Shown here piece after piece: positions 55,289-62,590 of a stretch of DNA of 64,000 nt; positions within the stretch are counted from its first letter, which is position 1, and each line of letters begins with the position of its first letter. Source of the DNA: an uncultured virus (IMG/VR IMGVR_UViG_3300043568_000079) (taxonomy: Duplodnaviria; Heunggongvirae; Uroviricota; Caudoviricetes); the IMG/VR virus record IMGVR_UViG_3300043568_000079, positions 1-64,000 of that record, one strand, 5' to 3'. Made by a program: the position numbers and the translations under genes. The notes below the pieces were generated by a model that was not told the DNA's origin, made no database searches, and was given only the letters and a program-made list of their open reading frames with translations.

Positions 55289-57063
55289 GTTTTAAAATCC
55301 GTAATATCACCGTGAAAAATTTTCTATCAGTAGGAAATCAAACACAAGCCGTTGACTTTGACAAAGAACTTTTAACTTTAGTGCTGGGCTCTAATCACGA
55401 TCTAGGTGGGGACGACACAGGATCTCGTAACGGCACAGGCAAGACCACCATTGTCAATGCATTGTCGTATGCATTATACGGTCAAGCACTGACCAACATC
55501 AAAAAAGAAAACCTGATCAACAAGACCAACGGCAAAGGCATGTTAGTTACTGTTGAGTTTGAAAAATCTAGTGTTAAGTATCGTATTGAGCGGGGCCGTA
55601 AGCCCAATGTACTGAAATTGTTCGTTAATGATCAAGAATTAAAGAGCAAAGACGAAGATGAAGCACAAGGTGACAGCCGTGAAACACAGAAAAGCATTGA
55701 ACAGATGTTGGCAATGTCCCACACTATGTTCAAACACCTAGTTGCACTCAACACCTACACAGAACCCTTCTTGAGTATGAAGGCTGCTGAACAACGAGAA
55801 GTAATTGAACAGTTGTTGGGCATTACTCAACTGAGTGAAAAGGCAGAAGCACTAAAGCTATTGATCAAAGAAACTAAAGACAGCATCACCGCTGCACAGT
55901 TTAAGATTGAAGGTATTAAGAGTGCTAACGAAAATGTTCAAAAGAGCATCAACAGTTTGCAACTCAAGAGCAGTGCTTGGGAATCTAAGAAAGAAACTGA
56001 AATAGAAGGACTAGGTAAAGCCATTGTTAATCTAGAATCAGTTGATATAGATGCAGAACTAGCAGCTCATGTTGCATTAAAAGCATGGGATGAAGAGAAT
56101 GCTCGCATTCGCAGTCTTAACAAACAACGTGCTACTCTAGAGTCAGCAGTGATTCAAGCGGAACGCACACTAAACAGATATACTAAAGAGATTAAATTAC
56201 TCGATGATAAGAAGTGCCCTGCTTGCGAACAGGATCTACATGATCATAAGCATGATGAAATGCTGGCAACCGCTGCTAACAATTTATTAGATGCACAAAC
56301 TTACTTTGATAAAGTAAGTGCTGACTATACCAAAATTGTAGAAGAAATAGGAACTGGTGAGCAACCACATAGACCCAACACCTATTACGATACAGAAGCA
56401 GAAGCACTAGGTCATAAAAACAATCTTGCCAGTTTAGAGCGCACATTAACACAGAAGATCGACGAAGCTAATCCTTATGAAGAGCAAATCGAAGATCTAA
56501 AGAACACTGCGATTCAAGAAATCAACTGGGATCAAGTGAACGCTCTTGCCAAAGTTAGAGATCATCAAGAATTCCTTTACAAACTGCTGACAAACAAGGA
56601 CAGTTTTGTTCGTAAGAAGATTATCGATCAGAACTTAACCTACTTGAACAAGCGATTGACCTACTATATTGACAAACTAGGACTACCGCACAAGGTAGTA
56701 TTCCTAAATGATCTTACTATTGAGATTACTCAGTTAGGTCAAGACCTAGACTTTGACAACTTATCTAGAGGTGAACGTAATCGTTTAATCCTGTCCATGA
56801 GCTTTGCATTCCGTGATGTATGGGAAGGTCTGTATCAGAATATTAACTTGTTGTTTGTTGACGAGCTTATGGATGCAGGGATGGATGCAGCAGGTGTCGA
56901 AGCAGGTCTTGCGGTTCTAAAAAAGATGGCACGGGAACGCAATAAGAATATATACTTGATAAGTCATAAAGATGAATTAGTAGGTCGTGTAAACAACGTC
57001 CTTAGAGTTATCAAAGAAAATGGATTTACCAGTTACTCAAACGATGTCGACTATGTTGAATGA
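55285..57063 (+). CDS. Recombination ATPase (T4 gp46 / Rad50-SbcC)
   Basis: KNFLS, Walker A NGTGKT, coiled coil with zinc hook CPAC, LSRGE, LFVDE, ISH. Confidence 0.95.
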   Translation: MSFKIRNITVKNFLSVGNQTQAVDFDKELLTLVLGSNHDLGGDDTGSRNGTGKTTIVNALSYALYGQALTNIKKENLINKTNGKGMLVTVEFEKSSVKYRIERGRKPNVLKLFVNDQELKSKDEDEAQGDSRETQKSIEQMLAMSHTMFKHLVALNTYTEPFLSMKAAEQREVIEQLLGITQLSEKAEALKLLIKETKDSITAAQFKIEGIKSANENVQKSINSLQLKSSAWESKKETEIEGLGKAIVNLESVDIDAELAAHVALKAWDEENARIRSLNKQRATLESAVIQAERTLNRYTKEIKLLDDKKCPACEQDLHDHKHDEMLATAANNLLDAQTYFDKVSADYTKIVEEIGTGEQPHRPNTYYDTEAEALGHKNNLASLERTLTQKIDEANPYEEQIEDLKNTAIQEINWDQVNALAKVRDHQEFLYKLLTNKDSFVRKKIIDQNLTYLNKRLTYYIDKLGLPHKVVFLNDLTIEITQLGQDLDFDNLSRGERNRLILSMSFAFRDVWEGLYQNINLLFVDELMDAGMDAAGVEAGLAVLKKMARERNKNIYLISHKDELVGRVNNVLRVIKENGFTSYSNDVDYVE

Positions 57064-57370
57064 AGAGATAAACAAGTATACAGAAATGTATTCTCAGCTG
57101 ATTACTGAATTTGCAGGTCTGCATAACACACATATGTCGTTTGTAAAATACATTGGCAGAGAAACAGGATTTGCCACTAGAAAACACCTACATCAAATAT
57201 GTGTTATTGCCAACGACATGAGAAGACAGGGTCAAAAGATCCGTAGAGAAAGCATTGCAGCTAAACGAACTGCAATAAAAGAAGCAAAAGCAGAAAAAGC
57301 CAGGCTCAAAGCTATACCAAAAAAGCGTGGGCGCAAAACAAAAGGAAATAAAAATGACAACAATCAATGA
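57053..57370 (+). CDS. Basic helical protein, possibly a divergent Hc1-like paralog
   Basis: ETGFATRKHL lines up loosely with AAGTRSRKAL of the next gene; Lys/Arg-rich tail. Confidence 0.5.
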   Translation: MLNEEINKYTEMYSQLITEFAGLHNTHMSFVKYIGRETGFATRKHLHQICVIANDMRRQGQKIRRESIAAKRTAIKEAKAEKARLKAIPKKRGRKTKGNKNDNNQ

Positions 57371-57551
57371 ACAATTACAAGCACAGTTTGCAGAATTTCT
57401 AGCAGAGGATGCAAAATTTACAGGCGGCAATAGTGCAGCCGGAACTCGCAGTCGCAAGGCTCTTGGAGAGTTAAGTAAGCTAGTAAAAGCAAGACGCAAT
57501 GAAATTACAGCAGAAAAGAACGCTCGCAAAGAAGCTAAGGCAGCAAAATAA
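57354..57551 (+). CDS. Histone H1-like (Hc1-family) nucleoid protein
   Basis: KFTGGNSAAGTRSRKALGELSKLVKARR motif; SD AAGGA. Confidence 0.75.
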   Translation: MTTINEQLQAQFAEFLAEDAKFTGGNSAAGTRSRKALGELSKLVKARRNEITAEKNARKEAKAAK

Positions 57552-57983
57552 TTGAACAACTGGACTTATCAAGGTTCAGTAGTCGAAGAGCTACCCGAAG
57601 ACTGTATAGGTTTTGTATATTGCATTACCAATACTGTCTCGGGTCGCAAATATATTGGCAAAAAATTAGCAAAATTTAGTAAAACGACCTACAAGACTGT
57701 AAAGTTAAAGAACGGCACAAAGAAAAAGAAAAAGATCCGCAGCAAAATTGCTTCGGATTGGCAAGAATATTACGGCTCCAGTGTTGAGCTGACAAAAGAC
57801 ATAGACACCTTGGGCAAACAAAACTTCTCCCGCGAAATATTATATTACTGCAAAAGTAAATCAGAAACATCTTACATTGAGGCCCGCGAACAATTCGACC
57901 GCAAAGTATTAGAATCCGACGAATACTATAACGGACACATACAAGTCCGTGTCCATGGCTCTCACATTAAAACAAAAATTTAA
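57552..57983 (+). CDS. GIY-YIG endonuclease-family protein
   Basis: GFVYCIT...RKYIGKK, YYGSS, REIL, E.REQ, YYN; TTG start right after the previous stop. Confidence 0.85.
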   Translation: MNNWTYQGSVVEELPEDCIGFVYCITNTVSGRKYIGKKLAKFSKTTYKTVKLKNGTKKKKKIRSKIASDWQEYYGSSVELTKDIDTLGKQNFSREILYYCKSKSETSYIEAREQFDRKVLESDEYYNGHIQVRVHGSHIKTKI

Positions 57984-57987
57984 AATC

Positions 57988-58269
57988 ATGACGAAGCTAA
58001 ATTACTCTAAGACAAATAAAAGCGATACAGCGTTTTTAAATGATCCTTATTGGACTAAGCCGAAAACTGGATTTGACAAGACATGGCATACTCAAAGAGA
58101 CAATCTCAAGCAACACCTAGGCATTCACAAAGAACATAACTGGGAAATCATCAACGAACCTACAGGTCCACACGCAGGTAAAGTGGTCTGTGATACTTGC
58201 AAAACTAAAAAAGGCAAAAGTATGTTTGTTTCATGGCTTCCTAAAGGTTACATATTACCTAACACCTAA
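57988..58269 (+). CDS. Small putative zinc-binding protein
   Basis: H..H...GPHAGKVVCDTC...FVSWL. Confidence 0.6.
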   Translation: MTKLNYSKTNKSDTAFLNDPYWTKPKTGFDKTWHTQRDNLKQHLGIHKEHNWEIINEPTGPHAGKVVCDTCKTKKGKSMFVSWLPKGYILPNT

Positions 58270-58271
58270 GG

Positions 58272-58650
58272 TTGGCGGGCCAGTTTAATAATACCGCTGT
58301 GGAAAAACCGGGGAATAACCGGACACGTAACATATTGAGACACTCCCGTGGGTATATCCCACTAGCCTGAAAAATCGGCAGCGAGTCTGAGAGCGCGAAC
58401 CCTAATGCTCGACGTATTGATATAGTATGAATGTTAGCATACGAAATCACCGGCTAAGAAAACTTAGACACTAGGAACGAGGTCTAAGACGCATTATGCG
58501 AGTCGATGTAGGTTGGGAAAGATCAGAGCCCATTAGCTTACGGTGAATAAAAATACCTACTTCCAATGTCTCGGCTGTGTGCAACTCACATGAAGACAAA
58601 AGATGGAACCGCAGCAAAACGGTTCCGTCTGACCGAAGCAATCTACATGA
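58272..58650 (+). ncRNA. Putative large structured ncRNA of unknown class (strand inferred)
   Basis: Lies in a ~500-bp gap with no credible ORF; many hairpins plus long-range helices 58335-42/58567-74, 58447-57/58533-46 and 58506-15/58639-48, some with G-U pairs that form on the + strand. Confidence 0.6.
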
Positions 58651-58728
58651 ATTTAATTAGCTTCGCTTAAATAGTGCTTCAAGTAAGAGCGTAAGCGATT
58701 ACGAAGAAGCAAATGAGCGTCAGCTCAT

Positions 58729-58736
58729 TATAAATA
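58729..58736 (+). promoter_or_regulatory. T4-type late promoter
   Basis: Exact TATAAATA upstream of ORF 58766. Confidence 0.6.
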
Positions 58737-58765
58737 AAAGAAATACTTTTTAGGATTTCCTTGAT

Positions 58766-59317
58766 ATGCGTATAAATGAGTTAATTGTTAAACAACAACT
58801 AGATGAATTAAGCCTAGCCGGGGCTCTAGGATCAGCAGCAAGAGGTACTGCAAATGTTGTAGGCGGTACTAGAGGTGCTATAGCAGGCGCTAAAGATGTG
58901 TTTAATCAACGAGCAGATCGAGTTGCTAATGTTGCTCAGAGACGTGTTCAACAAGCTGGAGGTTATAAAGCCCCACCAGCTCCTACGACTACTGTGGCAC
59001 CTCCAGCTACTACAGCTCAAACTAATACAGCACCTGCTACCGGAACCACCGCTCCCGCTAATACAGCACCTGCTACAAATGCAGCTAGTCAAGGAAAAGT
59101 GGGCGAACCAGCAGGAACAACACCTGCCACTACAGCAAACACAGGAAAAGTAGGTGAACCTGCAGGTCGTCAAGCAATTGACAATGCAATTGCTACCATT
59201 AAGGCAGTTAGGGGTGATCGCAGACCTCAAGTAGTTGCATACGGAATACAACAATTAGGTACCGTAAAAGAATCTAACCTAATATTTCACAGCAATTTCT
59301 TAGGTAAAGATATTTAA
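58766..59317 (+). CDS. Ala/Thr/Pro-rich late protein (head-internal protein candidate)
   Basis: MRINEL...LDE start, low-complexity middle with GKVGEPAG twice; late promoter upstream. Confidence 0.6.
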   Translation: MRINELIVKQQLDELSLAGALGSAARGTANVVGGTRGAIAGAKDVFNQRADRVANVAQRRVQQAGGYKAPPAPTTTVAPPATTAQTNTAPATGTTAPANTAPATNAASQGKVGEPAGTTPATTANTGKVGEPAGRQAIDNAIATIKAVRGDRRPQVVAYGIQQLGTVKESNLIFHSNFLGKDI

Positions 59318-59532
59318 AAGAACGGTAATTGCGTTTCTTTTGTCAATTCTAAGTTTCCTTCGATAATCTTATTCAGCAAATCTCGATCTTCGGGCGTTAA
59401 CAAAAATGCTTCGGAGAACGAAAGTCCTCCTCTCATATACCAACTAAATCTAAAAAGTTCTTCTCTTAAGGCTTTTGTATCAACTTCATATTCGGTAACA
59501 AGTTTATTGATACCATCGGTATCAAGATACAA
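59314..59532 (-). CDS. gp51-like / tail assembly chaperone C-terminal ORF, probably expressed by -1 frameshift
   Basis: WYMRGGLSFSEAFLLTPEDR; weak TTG start; in the -1 frame of the upstream gene. Confidence 0.65.
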   Translation of the reverse strand: MYLDTDGINKLVTEYEVDTKALREELFRFSWYMRGGLSFSEAFLLTPEDRDLLNKIIEGNLELTKETQLPFF

Positions 59533-59537
59533 AAGCC

Positions 59538-60410
59538 TTATACGAAAAAAGTTGCAGGATCAAACACCAACGGCACATCAACTGTGTCTCCAGTAATTCC
59601 CTTTTCTCGCATTTCATCAGTAACTGTTACTGTGACTGGTTTTAATTCGTTGATGCTTTTTAACGCATCTAGATGCGTTTGAACGATATTAAAAATATCT
59701 TTATCGGCATTTTCAATAAATTCTTTAATGTGCTTGAGATTTTCAGTACTTCCATTAGAACTGTCAATTTTAAATATACTTTTTTCAACAACGCCAATAG
59801 TAACATCTGTTAGTTTACTGAAGCTTTCTTTAAACGCAGCAACTTTGTCAGCTTCATTCATTTCATTATTATTTGCAATTTGTAAAATCTTTTGAGTTTC
59901 AAATGTTTTTACTGCACTGTCACTGAGTTGTTTATATGTCATGGGGCGCACAAATATTGTTAAATCTTCATTAATGGGTACAATAGGATCCCATTTTATT
60001 TGATACATCAATGTGTCCATTACTTGTTTTAAGTCGACACTATACTCCATCTCTAAGTCGTCACCGAACGTAATGGGAGTTGTCATCTTTTCCCCGTAGG
60101 TTGCAAGTCTGATTGCAATTAAAATAACATCTAAATCAATACTGGGAATTGACCATGCGTTCTTTATGTTGGGCATACAATGCTGTACAACGTCCACAAC
60201 CGCCTGACCGCTCATAATAGCATCGGGGATTTTAAGCATTAGTTCGTCTTTGGCAGTCATTGAGAACACAGGAAACTCACCTGTTTCAGTTTGCTCAAGA
60301 CTTCCAGCAGGCCAGAATTCTCCTCCGCTGGGCAAGCGAATATATATTTTAGGCTGTCGCATAAATCCAGAAAGTGGATTTGCATGTATTTGTTGTGGAT
60401 TTGAAACCAT
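59538..60410 (-). CDS. gp26-like baseplate hub / tail assembly chaperone
   Basis: NPLSGFMRQPKIYIRLPS.G, MTAKDEL.LK.PD, DLD.ILIAIRLATYG. Confidence 0.75.
   Translation of the reverse strand: MVSNPQQIHANPLSGFMRQPKIYIRLPSGGEFWPAGSLEQTETGEFPVFSMTAKDELMLKIPDAIMSGQAVVDVVQHCMPNIKNAWSIPSIDLDVILIAIRLATYGEKMTTPITFGDDLEMEYSVDLKQVMDTLMYQIKWDPIVPINEDLTIFVRPMTYKQLSDSAVKTFETQKILQIANNNEMNEADKVAAFKESFSKLTDVTIGVVEKSIFKIDSSNGSTENLKHIKEFIENADKDIFNIVQTHLDALKSINELKPVTVTVTDEMREKGITGDTVDVPLVFDPATFFV
59544..59550 (-). promoter_or_regulatory. -1 ribosomal slippery heptamer T TTT TTC
   Basis: ACT TTT TTC GTA TAA; the -1 frame reads TTT TTT CGT ATA AGG CTT TTG TAT CTT GAT into ORF 59314-59532. Confidence 0.7.
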
Positions 60411-60420
60411 ATGTGTCTCC

Positions 60421-60457
60421 GATAAATAAACTATGTGAAATAGATAAAGTATTTATC
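60421..60457. promoter_or_regulatory. Face-to-face pair of late-type promoters (GATAAATA on each strand)
   Basis: + strand 60421-60428 and - strand 60450-60457, between divergent genes. Confidence 0.6.
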
Positions 60458-60481
60458 TACGCAGATAACCCCTAAAATACA

Positions 60482-62584
60482 ATGGCAGACGTAACAGGAT
60501 CAATTGGTAATGAATATGTAGAGCTGAATAACGCAGCTACCGAAGCAACCTTACGTCTACTACTTCAAGCAACATTAGCAACTACTAAAGCGCAAAAAGA
60601 CGCTATTAAAGATCTAGCAACAAAAGCAGGGTTAGATCCAGCAGTCGTTGCTGCAATGAATACTAATGTTAAGCAATCAGCTGGAATATTTAGTACATTA
60701 GCTACAGTAGGCACTGCAACCGCAAATAAAATTAGAATTCTAGACAGTAGCATCAGTCCGTTGATTAAAAGTTTAACAGACGGATCTGCACAAGTTAGCA
60801 ATGTATTTGGGGCATTTGAAGCAATGCCAGGGATTCTGGGAGTTGTAGCCACGGGCTTTAGACGACTAGCCGAGTTTCAAGAAAAGAATTTAGACATGTA
60901 CCAGCAGGTGAGCACTGCTGGTGTTAACTTTGGTGGAAGTTTAACTACCCTTAGACAATCTGCATTAAACACCTACATGACATTAGATCAATTTACAAAT
61001 CTAATGAAAACAAATGGCGAGACATTTTCAAAGTTGGGCGGGACTGCAAATGACGGAGCAAAAGCATTTGTTAAAGCAAGTAATAGTTTATTGTCGAGCG
61101 ATGCTGGAACAAAATTAAGAGCGTTGGGTTTTACTACTGAAGAAGTTAATCAAGGGATGCTAAACTATCTTTCTATAACAGGAGGTAGGAGTAGAGCCGA
61201 GCTACAAGATACAGCAGCATTAACAAAAAGTACCACAGTGTATTTGCAAGAGCTAGATCAGTTGGCTGCAATTACAGGCAAGAGTAGAGAAGAACAACAG
61301 AAAAAAGTAAAAGCAGAAATGGAAGAAGCAGAATTCCAACTGTTTCTTGCCAGTAAGTCAAAACCAGAACGAGAATTAATTGAACAAAATGTCAAACGTG
61401 CTACTGTACTTTACGGTAAAGGCGGAGCTGATATTGCCAAAGCCAGTGCTATGGGAGTTGCGGTTCAAGGTGATGCTGGTAAACGATTAACAGCGACTAG
61501 TGCTAGTACCGCTGAAGCTATCCAAAGAGACCTAGCATTAAGAAGACAATTTGGAGCTCAAAGCAAAGAAGTATATGACAATGAAATTAAAGGCAGACAG
61601 TCAAACGCAAGAGATCTAGGAAGGCTAGCCGGGCCAGTAGGGTCGTTTAGTGGTGTATTGAAAGGCAATGAAGAAGCAGTTCTATTAGCTGCTCGTGATC
61701 GAGTTGCAGGAGAAAAAGAAGTAGCCGAACAATACTCAACGGCCGCAAGAGAACGAGCAGAACGAGAAGCATCGCAGGCTAAGGCCGCAGTTGAAGCACA
61801 AAAAGCTGTTCAAGAATTTGGACAAGCTATTAATAATCTATTAGGACCTATTGTTACATTGTTAACTCCTGTTATTAACGGACTGGCAACAGGAATATCT
61901 AAACTTGTTAAAGGATTCGATGCAATTACTTTTGGTTTTGGAGGAATTGCTTTAGCGGCAGGGGCAGCGGTATTGGCTTTGAGAAAGTTAGCGGCTACTA
62001 GCGCCGCAAGTGATGCTGGCGGCACCGGCGGAGGTGGTGCAGGTGGCGGAAAAGGGATCACCGGTTCACTGGTTAAAAAATTAGGAATTGCTGGAACTGT
62101 AATCGGAGGATTAATGCTAGCAGGTGAGTTAAGTGGTATAAACGATCAAGAAAAAGCAGGATCAATTTCAGCAGGTGATGCATCAACTCAACGTGGTGGA
62201 GCAATAGGAGAAGCCGCAGGAGGATTTACTGGAGCACTTGCCGGTGCTGCTGCTGGAGGATTAATGGGTGGTCCATTGGGTGCGTTAATAGGTGGATTGA
62301 TCGGCGGCTTCGGTGGCGGAACTGCTGGAAGAATGGGCGGAGAAGCATTTGCAGGTCCAAAGGCAGCAGCTGGCGCAATAATTGAATCTCCTATGAATAT
62401 TAAAGTTGGAGAAGAAGAACCTGAATTAATATCACCTATTCGGTACTTTAATAATTTGCAGTCCGAGCTATCGACGTTAAATAAGCAGACTGCTGACATG
62501 ATTAGATACCTTAAAGAAACTGCTGAATACAGTAAACGTAATGTAGATGCAACTAAATCTCTAAGCGGCAACCTTTTTAGATAA
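60482..62584 (+). CDS. Tape measure-like protein (T4 gp29-like)
   Basis: 700 aa, Ala/Gly-rich helical protein with hydrophobic Gly-rich C-terminal segments; next to the chaperone pair. Confidence 0.7.
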   Translation: MADVTGSIGNEYVELNNAATEATLRLLLQATLATTKAQKDAIKDLATKAGLDPAVVAAMNTNVKQSAGIFSTLATVGTATANKIRILDSSISPLIKSLTDGSAQVSNVFGAFEAMPGILGVVATGFRRLAEFQEKNLDMYQQVSTAGVNFGGSLTTLRQSALNTYMTLDQFTNLMKTNGETFSKLGGTANDGAKAFVKASNSLLSSDAGTKLRALGFTTEEVNQGMLNYLSITGGRSRAELQDTAALTKSTTVYLQELDQLAAITGKSREEQQKKVKAEMEEAEFQLFLASKSKPERELIEQNVKRATVLYGKGGADIAKASAMGVAVQGDAGKRLTATSASTAEAIQRDLALRRQFGAQSKEVYDNEIKGRQSNARDLGRLAGPVGSFSGVLKGNEEAVLLAARDRVAGEKEVAEQYSTAARERAEREASQAKAAVEAQKAVQEFGQAINNLLGPIVTLLTPVINGLATGISKLVKGFDAITFGFGGIALAAGAAVLALRKLAATSAASDAGGTGGGGAGGGKGITGSLVKKLGIAGTVIGGLMLAGELSGINDQEKAGSISAGDASTQRGGAIGEAAGGFTGALAGAAAGGLMGGPLGALIGGLIGGFGGGTAGRMGGEAFAGPKAAAGAIIESPMNIKVGEEEPELISPIRYFNNLQSELSTLNKQTADMIRYLKETAEYSKRNVDATKSLSGNLFR

Positions 62585-62590
62585 CAAATT

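Noticed and set aside
57552..57983. Mobile homing endonuclease
   Set aside because: Catalytic domain only, with no C-terminal DNA-binding repeats and no intron context.
58259..58450. 63-aa - strand ORF over the structured region
   Set aside because: No SD or protein-like features; the base-pairing pattern explains the region better.
58272..58650. Group I intron, RNase P RNA or tmRNA identity for the structured region (TGATATAGT resembles group I S; GGAAAGATCAGAGC resembles RNase P P4 or group I R)
   Set aside because: The S-like element comes before the R-like one, no flanking gene is interrupted, and I found no RNase P 3' consensus or tRNA-like ends. A covariance-model search is needed.
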